Assembly (NCBI GenBank): GCA_944392215.1
Contig: CALXVX010000022.1
Span: 1 to 61,441, forward strand
From: an uncultured Alphaproteobacteria bacterium
GTDB taxonomy: Bacteria; Pseudomonadota; Alphaproteobacteria; RF32; CAG-239
Direction: 5' to 3'
Length of the DNA: 61,441 bases
The notes beneath the pieces are model-generated. The model had not been told where the DNA came from. It did not search any database and worked only from the letters and a program-made list of their open reading frames with translations. Positions 27,817 through 37,487 of this stretch are shown piece by piece; position 1 is the first letter of the stretch, and each line of letters begins with the position of its first letter. The translations under genes were made by a program, and so were the position numbers.

Positions 27817-28019
27817 AATCTGAATAACTCAAAGATAAAAAAATAATCAACAACTCTCACAGGGATTCACAAACAACAAAAACATTTTAAAAATATATTA
27901 TTGGCCCTGCGGGGCTGTTCATAAAAGTGCCTTATAATATTAATTGACAGAAGGTAAAAAAACTCTTATAAAAAAATCACAAATATCCCTCCTATTTAAT
28001 CATTTCCAAAAAGGTTTCC

Positions 28020-29273
28020 ATGAATTTAAAAGATTTAAAACAAAAGTCTCCGACTGAGTTATTAACTCAGGCAGAGGATCTGGGCATAGAAGATGCTTCT
28101 TCCATGCGTGTACAAGACTTAATGTTTGCTATTTTGAAAAAAGTAGCAGGCGAAGATCAAACCATCAGCGGCGAAGGAACCATAGAGGTTATGCAAGATG
28201 GCTTTGGTTTTTTGCGTTCAGCTCAATCAAATTACCTAGCCGGCCCGGATGATATATATGTCTCTCCCGCCCAAGTAAAAAAATTCGGTTTAAGAACCGG
28301 AGACACGGTAGAAGGAGAGATAAGAGCGCCGAAAGACAATGAGCGTTACTTTGCTCTGGTAAAGGTAAATAAGATTAATTTTGAAGACCCCGAAAAATCA
28401 AAATTGAGAGTAAATTTCGATAACTTAACACCTTTGTACCCTACAGAAAAACTCAATTTTGATATCATATGCGGAGAGAAAGATTATACCACAAGAGTCA
28501 TAGACTTGATTGCTCCGCAGGGAAAAGGCCAGCGAGGCTTGATTGTGGCCCCTCCTCGCACCGGTAAAACTGTAATGTTGCAAAACATTGCCCATGCCAT
28601 AGCCACCAATCATCCTGAATGCTATTTAATGGTGTTGCTGATAGATGAGCGCCCGGAAGAAGTAACGGATATGACCCGCTCTGTTAAAGGAGAGGTTATA
28701 TCATCAACATTCGATGAGCCGGCCAGCCGCCACGTTCAGGTTGCAGAAATGGTGATAGAAAAAGCCAAACGTTTGGTAGAAACCAAAAAAGATGTTGTTA
28801 TTTTGTTGGATTCTATTACTCGTTTAGGCAGAGCCTATAATACTGTTATACCTTCATCAGGTAAGGTTTTAACCGGCGGTGTAGATGCCAACGCTCTTCA
28901 AAGACCAAAACGCCTGCTTGGTGCTGCCAGAAATGTTGAAGAAGGCGGTTCCCTGACCATCATTGCCACGGCGTTGATAGACACCGGTTCTCGCATGGAT
29001 GAGGTTATTTTTGAAGAATTTAAGGGAACGGGTAACTCAGAAATTATTCTTGACAGAAAACTAACTGATAAACGTTTATTCCCGACCATAGATATCACGC
29101 GTTCAGGCACCAGAAAAGAAGAACTTTTGGTAGATAAAGAACGCTTAACCAAGATGTGGGTTTTGCGCCGTGTTTTGATGCAAATGGGCATGACGGACGG
29201 CATGGAGTTCTTGCTTGATAAATTGAGGGTGAGTAAGGATAATAATGACTTCTTCGCCAATATGAATTCTTAA
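28020..29273 (+). CDS. rho: transcription termination factor Rho
   Basis: N-terminal LK.K...EL, an RNA-binding domain (GFGFLR), P-loop APPRTGKT and a RecA-type core. Confidence 0.95.
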   Translation: MNLKDLKQKSPTELLTQAEDLGIEDASSMRVQDLMFAILKKVAGEDQTISGEGTIEVMQDGFGFLRSAQSNYLAGPDDIYVSPAQVKKFGLRTGDTVEGEIRAPKDNERYFALVKVNKINFEDPEKSKLRVNFDNLTPLYPTEKLNFDIICGEKDYTTRVIDLIAPQGKGQRGLIVAPPRTGKTVMLQNIAHAIATNHPECYLMVLLIDERPEEVTDMTRSVKGEVISSTFDEPASRHVQVAEMVIEKAKRLVETKKDVVILLDSITRLGRAYNTVIPSSGKVLTGGVDANALQRPKRLLGAARNVEEGGSLTIIATALIDTGSRMDEVIFEEFKGTGNSEIILDRKLTDKRLFPTIDITRSGTRKEELLVDKERLTKMWVLRRVLMQMGMTDGMEFLLDKLRVSKDNNDFFANMNS

Positions 29274-29276
29274 AAT

Positions 29277-29306
29277 AAAAAGCTTCCTTTAACAAGGAAG
29301 CTTTTT
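29277..29306. terminator. bidirectional intrinsic terminator
   Basis: aaaaagcttcctt-taac-aaggaagcttttt between convergent genes. Confidence 0.8.
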
Positions 29307-29309
29307 ATT

Positions 29310-29990
29310 TTAAGAGACCAGATTTTCAATAAAACTTTTCACATCAGACATTTTATCAAAAATATTATTTATACCCATATTTTTAATGCGAGAGGTATAA
29401 TCAGCTTTGTCGTACAAGTCACTGCCGATAAAAGCAACGGGGATCATTTTGGCTTTTTGAGCCGCGGTGAGGCCGGCAATAGAATCTTCAACCACAATAC
29501 AATTTTGCGGTTCAAACCCCATAGATTCGGCAGCTAGCAAAAACAAATCGGGTTCTGGTTTGCCGTAAGCAACCATATCAGCAGTAAACACCTTTTGTGG
29601 CGGAAAATAATTTTCAATTCCGACCATTTTAATTTTTTGCTCAGTTTTAGAAGCTATTCCGCCGGTAGCTATGCACTGCTCAATATAAGAGAGGTCAAAA
29701 ATATCTTTAATTCCTTCGGTCAAAGCAAAGCCTTTTAGCATTTTTTCCATATCAAGGCGCAAAGCTTCTTTCCAAAATTCCTCATCTGTTTCAATACCGA
29801 GTTTAAGAAGAACATCTTGTTTGGTTTTATCGCTCATACCTCCCAAAAAATTATTGACGGTATTTATGTCCCAGTTAAGACCATAAACTTTGTTTAGGAG
29901 TTCCATTCTGGTTTGCAGCCACAATTTTTCGGTATCGGCAATAACGCCGTCAAAATCCCAAATAATAAGAAAATTAGATTTTTTACTCAT
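29310..29990 (-). CDS. HAD-superfamily hydrolase (beta-phosphoglucomutase-like)
   Basis: Motif I IIWDFDGVIADTE, YGKPEPD and VVEDSIAGL. Confidence 0.8.
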   Translation of the reverse strand: MSKKSNFLIIWDFDGVIADTEKLWLQTRMELLNKVYGLNWDINTVNNFLGGMSDKTKQDVLLKLGIETDEEFWKEALRLDMEKMLKGFALTEGIKDIFDLSYIEQCIATGGIASKTEQKIKMVGIENYFPPQKVFTADMVAYGKPEPDLFLLAAESMGFEPQNCIVVEDSIAGLTAAQKAKMIPVAFIGSDLYDKADYTSRIKNMGINNIFDKMSDVKSFIENLVS

Positions 29991-30168
29991 ATATCAACTT
30001 TCGGTTTAAAAAAAGAGAGTCCGTTAAAAGCCTACAGAAAAGAATTTCAATAAGTCTATGATGAATTTATTAAGAAAGATTGAAAAACCTCTCCAGAGTC
30101 AAAAAAACGGCTTTTTGCTCTTGTCAGGGAGAAATAATGATTTTATAAACACAAAAGAGAGGTAATTT

Positions 30169-31512
30169 ATGGATAATCAAACAATATATGCCCTATCAAC
30201 AGTTTTTGGTAAATCCGGTGTGGCGGTGATACGCATATCCGGAGATAAGGCTCTAGAAGCCGTTAAGGCGATGACCAATTTGGATGTTGAAAACATAAAA
30301 CCAAGATATGCTTATTTTGCATCTTTGCATCATGCAAAAGATAAGAGGGAGTTAGATAAAGCCCTTTTGTTGTATTTTAAGGCACCAAATTCTTTTAGCG
30401 GTGAAGATATAATCGAATTTCAAACTCACGGTTCCAGAGCCGTTATATCGTCAATCATGGATAGTTTATCTTATATAGATGGTTTTAGGTTAGCAGAGCC
30501 CGGAGAATTTTCCAAGAGAGCTTTCTATAACGGCAAAATGGATTTAACAGAGGCTGAAGGACTGGCAGATTTGATAGATGCCGAAACCTCCGAGCAGCAA
30601 AAATACGCTATTAGACAGATGGAAGGCGGCTTAAAGAATTTATATGAAGGTTGGCGAGAGGGATTGTTAAAAATCCTTGCCCATTTAGAAGCTTATATAG
30701 ATTTTCCTGAAGAAGAAATTCCTCAAAATATAATTTCTGATATGGAAAACACTGTATTTAAACTAAAACAAAACATCAAAACACACTTGTCTGACAATTC
30801 AGCAGGGGAGAGGCTTAGAGAAGGCTTCAGGGTAGTTATTGTAGGCCCGCCAAACGCAGGAAAATCAAGCTTAATTAATACAATAGTCAAAAGAGAGGCT
30901 GTTATCGTATCAGATATTGCCGGCACCACCAGAGATGCCATAGATATTTATCTGGATTTAGGTGGATATCCTGTTATTTTCACAGATACCGCCGGTTTGA
31001 GAGAAACGGAGGAAATAATAGAGAAAAAAGGCATAGAAATAGCTCAAAGCAAAATAGCAGAAGCAGATTTGGTAATATGTTTGTTTGATGGATGTAAAGA
31101 CTCTGTTCAACTGTTTGATAATATTAAAAAATCATTTAAAGACAAAATGTTATTTATAGCAAATAAAAGTGATAAGTTAACATCTGAACAATGTTCAAAA
31201 CTTAAAAAAGAAGGATGTTTGGTTATCTCTGCCAAAGATTATGAAAGTGTCAGAACACTTCTTAGAGCCATAGAGGAGCGTATAAAATCTGTTTTCAGCT
31301 CAAGTTCCGGAGCCCTGATAACGCGTCGACGCTATAGAGAGGCCTTGCAAAAAACAGTAGAAAATTTGGAGCAGTTTAGTTTTGACAAAGAAATAGAACT
31401 AACAGCGGAAGATATTCGTCTGGCAGCCAGAGAACTTGGCAAAATAACCGGCAGAATAGAAGTAGAAGAAATATTAGATAAGATATTTGGCTCATTTTGC
31501 ATCGGAAAATAA
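30169..31512 (+). CDS. mnmE: tRNA modification GTPase MnmE
   Basis: TIYALST..G.GGVAVIRISG, G-domain GPPNAGKSSL / DTAGLR, and C-terminal FCIGK. Confidence 0.93.
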   Translation: MDNQTIYALSTVFGKSGVAVIRISGDKALEAVKAMTNLDVENIKPRYAYFASLHHAKDKRELDKALLLYFKAPNSFSGEDIIEFQTHGSRAVISSIMDSLSYIDGFRLAEPGEFSKRAFYNGKMDLTEAEGLADLIDAETSEQQKYAIRQMEGGLKNLYEGWREGLLKILAHLEAYIDFPEEEIPQNIISDMENTVFKLKQNIKTHLSDNSAGERLREGFRVVIVGPPNAGKSSLINTIVKREAVIVSDIAGTTRDAIDIYLDLGGYPVIFTDTAGLRETEEIIEKKGIEIAQSKIAEADLVICLFDGCKDSVQLFDNIKKSFKDKMLFIANKSDKLTSEQCSKLKKEGCLVISAKDYESVRTLLRAIEERIKSVFSSSSGALITRRRYREALQKTVENLEQFSFDKEIELTAEDIRLAARELGKITGRIEVEEILDKIFGSFCIGK

Positions 31513-31563
31513 TTTGACATTTAAGTGTTATCTGATTAGCCTTAATCAAAATACTTAAATATT

Positions 31564-31938
31564 ATGCCTATGAAAAATGAATTATTAGAACAATTTCTTG
31601 CTGGCCAACCGCAATATAATGTGGCAGAGCTTCAAAAGCAATTGAACCGCTTTTATCATAACAAAAAGATAGAAGTGTCTAATCTAAAAAAAGTTCTAAA
31701 CCTCTTGGCCTCAGATCATAATGACAAAGGGTATATCATGAAGGTATATGATATAACCGGGAACTTTGAGCGCCAGGCTTATTTATTAGATAAAGAGCGT
31801 CATGAAGGTAGATGGAGCTTTGAGCATATTGTTGTTTTTAACATTCTTGCCCATTGTGCACGCATAGAGCCAAGATTGGTAATTGAAAAAGTATCTTATT
31901 TCAACAAAATACTTGAATATCTGATAGGCGGGAAATAG
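31564..31938 (+). CDS. hypothetical protein (124 aa)
   Basis: Clean ORF followed by a terminator. No recognisable motif. Confidence 0.45.
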   Translation: MPMKNELLEQFLAGQPQYNVAELQKQLNRFYHNKKIEVSNLKKVLNLLASDHNDKGYIMKVYDITGNFERQAYLLDKERHEGRWSFEHIVVFNILAHCARIEPRLVIEKVSYFNKILEYLIGGK

Positions 31939-31948
31939 CAAAAGAAAG

Positions 31949-31982
31949 TCCGTTTCTCAAAAAAAGAGAAGCGGATTTTTTT
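31949..31982 (+). terminator. intrinsic terminator
   Basis: TCCGTTTCTC-aaaaaaa-GAGAAGCGGA hairpin followed by T7. Confidence 0.75.
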
Positions 31983-32040
31983 ATTGCAAAAAAGGAAAGG
32001 CTGTATTATAGCTTAGGCAATTGAAAAGAGGCAAAATTCT

Positions 32041-33891
32041 ATGACTAAAACAGAATATGACGTAATTGTTGTCGGCGGCGGCCACGCCGGATGCGAGGCC
32101 TGCGCAGCTGCGGCTCGTATGGGGGCTGATACAGCTTTGGTAACTCACAAGATTTCAACCATTGGAGAGATGTCTTGTAACCCGGCCATAGGGGGTCTGG
32201 GCAAAGGGCATTTAGTAAGAGAGATTGATGCGCTAGATGGATTAATGGGACGAGTTATAGATAAAGCCGGCATACAATTTAGAATGCTCAATGCCTCAAA
32301 GGGTCCGGCAGTAAGAGGTCCCAGAGCTCAAGCAGACAGAGAGCTTTATAAAAAATATATGCTAGAGGCGCTAAGGGAGCAAAAAAAATTAGAGTTAGTA
32401 GAAGCCTCAGCAGAAGGTTTTATTGTTGAGAAAGGAAAAGTTTGCGGCGTAAAACTTGCAGACGGAAGAGAATTGAGGGCCAAAGCAGTAGTGTTAACCT
32501 CCGGTACTTTTTTGAACGGGATAATGTTTATTGGTCACCAAACATATGTTGGGGGCAGGGTAAATGATATTAGCTGTACAGGCATAACACCGTATTTAAA
32601 GGATATGGGGCTAAAAGTAGGACGCCTGAAGACAGGAACCCCTGCGAGGTTGAATGGCAAAACAATTAACTGGGATATTTTGGAAGCTCAAGAGGGAGAT
32701 AAAAATCCGCAACCTTTTTCTTTTTTAACCAAGAAATTGGAAAATCCGCAGGTAAAATGCTACGTCACCCACACAAATGAGAGAACACATAAGATAATAA
32801 GAGACAATTTTTCAAAATGCGCACTGTTTTCCGGGCTTATAACCGGCATCGGGCCAAGATATTGTCCTAGCATAGAAGATAAGCTGGTCAAATTTGCAGA
32901 CCGCACCAGTCACCAAATATTTTTGGAACCGGAAGGGTTAAATACGGATGTTGTTTACCCAAACGGAATATCAACATCACTGCCGGCGGATGTTCAAGAT
33001 CAGTTTATCCATACCATGGAGGGGCTGGAGAATGTGGAGATTTTGCGCCCGGCCTATGCCATAGAATATGACTATGTAGACCCGCAAGAGTTAGACAGTA
33101 GATTAGCTGTAAAAAAAGTTCCTGGGTTGTTTTTGGCTGGACAGATTAATGGAACAACGGGCTACGAGGAGGCCGCGGCACAAGGTCTTTTGGCTGGAGT
33201 GAATGCCGCTTTATCAGCTTTGGAAAGAGATGATATTTTCACTGTAGACAGAGCAGAGGGATATATGGGTGTGATGGTTGATGACTTAATCACCAAAGGG
33301 GTTGATGAGCCATATAGAATGTTCACTTCTCGTTCTGAATATAGATTGTTTTTGAGAGCCGATAACGCAGATCAGCGTTTGACAGAGAAGGGCTATAAAA
33401 TAGGCTGCGTCGGGGAGTATAGATACAGTGTATTTAAAGCTAAAGAAAAGGCTATAAATGACTTTAGAAAAGCAGCTGAGGCGGAAAATATTCTTCCTGT
33501 TGAGTTAGAAAAAAGGGGAATAAACATCAAACAAGACGGCGTCAGAAGAAGTGCTTTTAATGTTATGTCTTATCACGATGTTTCACGTGAAACCATCAAT
33601 AATATCTGGCCACATTTCAAAAATGTTGCGGATGATATTTATGAGCAGGTGGAGATAGAGGCGCGTTATTCTGGCTATATCAAACGTCAAATGGCGGATA
33701 TAGAAGTTTTCAAAAAAGATGAAAACCTGCGCTTAAAAGAAGATATAGATTATAGCAAGATAGGAGGTTTGTCGCGCGAGATGGTGACAAAACTTTCTAA
33801 GGTGCACCCGTCAACTATAGGAGAGGCCTCAAGAATACCAGGGGTAACACCTGCCGCAATCACAGCCATTTTGGGGTATGTAAAAAAATGA
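32041..33891 (+). CDS. mnmG: tRNA uridine 5-carboxymethylaminomethyl modification enzyme MnmG (GidA)
   Basis: FAD motif [23 protein letters not shown] and [11 protein letters not shown]. Confidence 0.95.
   Translation: MTKTEYDVIVVGGGHAGCEACAAAARMGADTALVTHKISTIGEMSCNPAIGGLGKGHLVREIDALDGLMGRVIDKAGIQFRMLNASKGPAVRGPRAQADRELYKKYMLEALREQKKLELVEASAEGFIVEKGKVCGVKLADGRELRAKAVVLTSGTFLNGIMFIGHQTYVGGRVNDISCTGITPYLKDMGLKVGRLKTGTPARLNGKTINWDILEAQEGDKNPQPFSFLTKKLENPQVKCYVTHTNERTHKIIRDNFSKCALFSGLITGIGPRYCPSIEDKLVKFADRTSHQIFLEPEGLNTDVVYPNGISTSLPADVQDQFIHTMEGLENVEILRPAYAIEYDYVDPQELDSRLAVKKVPGLFLAGQINGTTGYEEAAAQGLLAGVNAALSALERDDIFTVDRAEGYMGVMVDDLITKGVDEPYRMFTSRSEYRLFLRADNADQRLTEKGYKIGCVGEYRYSVFKAKEKAINDFRKAAEAENILPVELEKRGINIKQDGVRRSAFNVMSYHDVSRETINNIWPHFKNVADDIYEQVEIEARYSGYIKRQMADIEVFKKDENLRLKEDIDYSKIGGLSREMVTKLSKVHPSTIGEASRIPGVTPAAITAILGYVKK
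33579..33594. promoter_or_regulatory. parS site (15/16 match) inside mnmG
   Basis: TGTTTCACGTGAAACC versus consensus TGTTNCACGTGAAACA. Confidence 0.7.
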
Positions 33892-34502
33892 TACCTTCTC
33901 TGCAAAAAGCCAAACAGCTATGGCAAGAGGGAATAGATTTTAGATTAAATCAGCCTTATGCTTGGCCAACACACAAGGAATACATTTTTCATACCACTGG
34001 TGTAGCAGAGTCAGCTCAAAAAATAGCAAAAAAAACACCGTATTTAAACCCTGAAAAAGCTTATATTATTGGCTTGTTGCATGACTATGGCAAAAAATAC
34101 GACGAAAAATTGACTGGCAAATTTCACGGCCAAACAGGCTATGAAGAATTGCTAAAATTAGGCTATGATGAATGCGCGCGTATCTGTCTGACTCATAGCT
34201 TTCCAAATAAAAATTTTAACAATAAATATTATGCCTCATATCGACCGGAGTGGTTAAGCTGGGCTCATCAAAAGTTGAATGAAATAGAAGAATATAATGA
34301 TTATGATCGCTTAATCCAGCTTTGTGATATGTTTTTTGAAGGGATGTCAAAAGTCGGTTTTGAAGAGCGCTTTGCCGGCATAAGAAAACGCTATGGTTTG
34401 ACTAAAGAACAAACTGCAGAGCAAGAGGAATATGCAAAGAAAAATAAAAAATATTTTGACACTCTTTGCGGGATGGATGTTTACAAGATATTAAATATAT
34501 AG
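33888..34502 (+). CDS. HD-domain phosphohydrolase, copy 1
   Basis: H..GV...A.....LLHDYGK...FHGQTGY...CLTHSF. ATGA overlap with the mnmG stop. Confidence 0.7.
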   Translation: MIPSLQKAKQLWQEGIDFRLNQPYAWPTHKEYIFHTTGVAESAQKIAKKTPYLNPEKAYIIGLLHDYGKKYDEKLTGKFHGQTGYEELLKLGYDECARICLTHSFPNKNFNNKYYASYRPEWLSWAHQKLNEIEEYNDYDRLIQLCDMFFEGMSKVGFEERFAGIRKRYGLTKEQTAEQEEYAKKNKKYFDTLCGMDVYKILNI

Positions 34503-34535
34503 ATGCTAGAATGGCTCCCAAAAAGGGAGCCATAG

Positions 34536-35147
34536 ATGTTACCGGATAAAAAGACAGTCAAAAATCTTTTTGATTTTATTTGTGAAAAAACAAAAGAGCC
34601 AAATATTGCAAGAGGGCTTACACCAGACGAGTCTGTTTACCACTATTTAGATGTTTCTCAGTGTGCAGAAAAGATAGCCTCACATTGTGGTTTAGATAGC
34701 CATAAGGCCAAAATTTTAGGGCTTTTTCATGACTATGGTGAATATATAGAAAGAACTGTTCCCGGCACCTTTCATGGCACAGCCGGTTATGATGAGATGA
34801 TGAAGCTTGGTTATGATGAAATCGCCAGAGTGTGCCTAACTCACAGTTTCTGGGAAGGAGTGTACGACCCAGAGCATTTTTCTTATGATAAAAAAGAAGT
34901 TGCGCGAGCAGGGATGCTAATATCAAAAATGGAGCTGGATGACTATGACTATTTAATCCAACTAAGTGACATGCTTTGTTGCCACAGAACGTTTGTAAAA
35001 CTGGAAGAAAGAATTGCTTACATTGTCAACAAATATAAAAGAAGCTCCAAAGAGGCAGAGAATATGAAAAAAGCGGCAGAAAAGTTAAAAGAACGATTTG
35101 ATAAGCTTTGCAAGCAAGATATTTATGAGTTGTTGGAGATAAAGTAA
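34536..35147 (+). CDS. HD-domain phosphohydrolase, copy 2 (paralog)
   Basis: LGLFHDYGE...FHGTAGYDEMMKLGYDEIARVCLTHSF is colinear with copy 1. GGGAG RBS upstream. Confidence 0.7.
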   Translation: MLPDKKTVKNLFDFICEKTKEPNIARGLTPDESVYHYLDVSQCAEKIASHCGLDSHKAKILGLFHDYGEYIERTVPGTFHGTAGYDEMMKLGYDEIARVCLTHSFWEGVYDPEHFSYDKKEVARAGMLISKMELDDYDYLIQLSDMLCCHRTFVKLEERIAYIVNKYKRSSKEAENMKKAAEKLKERFDKLCKQDIYELLEIK

Positions 35148-35953
35148 TGCAAGATTTTACCTATCACTCACATAATTCCAGCCAAGGAATAGCAGATGGT
35201 CACAATACTTGTGATGAGATGTTGTCAAGGGCTGAGGAAATAGGTTTTTCAGAGATTGGTGTTAGCAACCATTTCATATATCACCCAAATATAAAAATAG
35301 AGCACTCTCAAGATTTCAACAACTTTAGCAAGGCTTTAGATTATGCCAAAAATGATATTGAGCAGACAAGAGAAGCCACCAGCCGCCACAAGATAAAAGT
35401 TTATGCAGGGTTTGAGGTTGACTTTTTTCCATCAAAAATATGGAGAGATGCTTTTGAAAAGATGTTAAAAGAGGTAAAACCGGATTATGTTATCGGTTCT
35501 AATCACAACGCCTTTAGCAAAGATGAGCAAAATATTTACAATATTTGGCGGCTAGGTGGAAAGCCGATAAAAGACGAAAGCACGAAAGAATATCTTAGAA
35601 ACCATTGGCAAAACATCATAGATTGCATAACTAGCGGCTATTTTACTTTTATAGCTCATTTTGACTTAGCATCAAATTTAGGTCTCTGCACAGAATCGGA
35701 GTGGGATGAGTGGAAGTGGAAAGTAATAGAGGCCTTCAAGCAAACAAAAACCCCATTTGAAATAAATACCAACGGCATCAGACGCTGTGGAATTCCAAGC
35801 CCAGATTGGTGGATTGTAAAAGAGTTAGTGAGTGCAGGTGTTCCGACTCTCATCAGTGACGATGCACACAATACTAATTGTTTGGGACAATATTTTGCCG
35901 AGGCAGAATCCAAACTTGCAGAACTTGGCTGTAAAAAGAGATTTAAATTTTGA
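35147..35953 (+). CDS. PHP-family (histidinol-phosphatase-like) metal-dependent phosphoesterase
   Basis: N-terminal YHSHNS...GH, then GVSNH, E.DF, SNH and a C-terminal ISDDAH motif. The start overlaps the upstream stop by 1 nt (TAATG). Confidence 0.7.
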   Translation: MQDFTYHSHNSSQGIADGHNTCDEMLSRAEEIGFSEIGVSNHFIYHPNIKIEHSQDFNNFSKALDYAKNDIEQTREATSRHKIKVYAGFEVDFFPSKIWRDAFEKMLKEVKPDYVIGSNHNAFSKDEQNIYNIWRLGGKPIKDESTKEYLRNHWQNIIDCITSGYFTFIAHFDLASNLGLCTESEWDEWKWKVIEAFKQTKTPFEINTNGIRRCGIPSPDWWIVKELVSAGVPTLISDDAHNTNCLGQYFAEAESKLAELGCKKRFKF

Positions 35954-36080
35954 TAATTTGATTCAAAAAACGGTGTCTAAGTGGTTGAAATAAGAGTCTA
36001 TTTTATAAATACCAGAATAATGTGTTTATAACTTGATTTTTTGTGTTTTAAATTTTTCATAAAAATTATAAAAATATCTT

Positions 36081-36707
36081 ATGAAAAATTTCTGCGAAAA
36101 ATACAATGTTTCACGTGAAACATTTGACAAGTTAAAAAACTACCAAGAGCTTCTTTTGTCTTGGCAGCAAAAATTTAATTTGGTCGGTTCGGCCACACTG
36201 GAAGATGCTTGGAGCCGTCATTTTTTGGACTCTGTTCAGCTTTTTTCTTTGATTCCTGAAGGTGCCAAAGTTTTGTATGATTTTGGCTCTGGAGCTGGGT
36301 TTCCCGGGATGGTATTAGCAATTGTGGCCAATGAAAAATTGCCGGATTTAGAAGTTAATTTGGTTGAAAGTACAGGAAAGAAAACACTGTATTTAAACGA
36401 GGTTAAGGTGCAGACCAACACAAAAGTAAATATCATGAATGAGAGAATCGAAAAAATTCCCGCCCAAAAGGCTGACGTCATTACCTCAAGAGCCATGGCC
36501 TCGTTAAACGATTTGTTGGGTTATGCTCTTCGCTTTTGTAAAGAAGAAACAATTTGTATTTTTCCTAAAGGTAAAAAATATGCCGAGGAATTGGCAGAAG
36601 CTCACCGCCACTGGAAATTTAAGTGCCAAATTTTGCCCAGTGAGCAAAGCCAAGAGGGAAGAATTTTAGTTATAACCAAGTTAAGCAAAATTAAAGGAGA
36701 AAAGTAG
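36081..36707 (+). CDS. rsmG: 16S rRNA (guanine527-N7)-methyltransferase RsmG (GidB)
   Basis: VSRET N-terminus, HFLDS, and the SAM motif DFGSGAGFPG. Confidence 0.92.
   Translation: MKNFCEKYNVSRETFDKLKNYQELLLSWQQKFNLVGSATLEDAWSRHFLDSVQLFSLIPEGAKVLYDFGSGAGFPGMVLAIVANEKLPDLEVNLVESTGKKTLYLNEVKVQTNTKVNIMNERIEKIPAQKADVITSRAMASLNDLLGYALRFCKEETICIFPKGKKYAEELAEAHRHWKFKCQILPSEQSQEGRILVITKLSKIKGEK
36107..36122. promoter_or_regulatory. parS site (16/16 match) inside rsmG
   Basis: TGTTTCACGTGAAACA, a perfect palindrome. It encodes the VSRET motif of RsmG. Confidence 0.8.
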
Positions 36708-37487
36708 ATGCCGAGAATTTTAGCTGTTGCCAACCGCAAGGGAGGAGTCGGAAAAACAACGACAACGGTTAATGTTGCCACAGCCATGGCCGCTGCCGGT
36801 AAAAAAGTTTTGGTGGTAGATTTGGATCCTCAAGGCAACGCTTCAACTTCAATGGGAATAAACAAAAAAGGTCGTATGGCCTCAAGTTATGAAGTATTGT
36901 TGGGCGAAAAAAGATTAACGGATGCTGTTGTCTGGACAGAGATTCCCAAATTTTCGCTGGTTCCTTCTTCTCCTGACTTGGCCGGCGCGGAGGTTGAGCT
37001 TGTTGATATGGAAAAAAGAGAGTTTGCCCTCAAAAAAGCTTTGAAAAGAGATGCGGTTAACTACGACTATATTTTGATAGATTGTCCCCCCTCATTGAGC
37101 TTGGTGACAATTAATGCACTTGTTGCCGCAGATGCTGTTATCGTGCCGCTACAATGTGAGTTTTTGGCCTTAGAGGGCGTGACGGACTTAATTCGCAACA
37201 TAAATCAAATAAAGAAGAAGTTTAACCCGTCTTTGGCTTTACATGGCGTTGTGCTGACAATGTATGACAAGCGCAACAATCTAAGCCAGATGGTAGAAGA
37301 TGATGTACGTCATTTCTTTGGTAAAAAGGTTTACAATACGGTTATTCCTCGGAATGTCAGAATTTCTGAAGCTCCCTCACACGGCAAGCCGGTATTGTTG
37401 TATGATTTCAAATGTCCGGGTTCTCAGGCCTATATCAGCCTCACCGGAGAAGTATTGAAGAGAGAAAAGGAATTAATTGCATGTTAG
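36708..37487 (+). CDS. parA: chromosome partitioning ATPase ParA
   Basis: Deviant Walker A NRKGGVGKTTT. Confidence 0.95.
   Translation: MPRILAVANRKGGVGKTTTTVNVATAMAAAGKKVLVVDLDPQGNASTSMGINKKGRMASSYEVLLGEKRLTDAVVWTEIPKFSLVPSSPDLAGAEVELVDMEKREFALKKALKRDAVNYDYILIDCPPSLSLVTINALVAADAVIVPLQCEFLALEGVTDLIRNINQIKKKFNPSLALHGVVLTMYDKRNNLSQMVEDDVRHFFGKKVYNTVIPRNVRISEAPSHGKPVLLYDFKCPGSQAYISLTGEVLKREKELIAC

Larger units (their letters stand above)
27545..28019. other. candidate chromosomal replication origin (oriC) plus rho leader/promoter
   Basis: 475-bp AT-rich divergent intergenic region. It holds a perfect DnaA box, an adjacent TGATTCACA variant, six same-orientation xTCACA motifs and two TTAA-N7-TTAA motifs. 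It is flanked by dnaQ-coaE and rho-mnmE-mnmG-rsmG-parAB, and parS sites lie nearby. Confidence 0.6.

Noticed and set aside
33578-36121. 16-nt direct repeat ATGTTTCACGTGAAAC flanking the HD-HD-PHP genes, considered as an insertion target-site duplication
   Set aside because: The repeat is the parS palindrome itself. The first copy lies about 300 nt inside mnmG, so the interval between the copies is not a clean insert.
37412-37480. Upstream extension of parB
   Set aside because: It would overlap parA by 76 nt. ATG 37481 yields the usual ParB N-terminus and a short coupling overlap.
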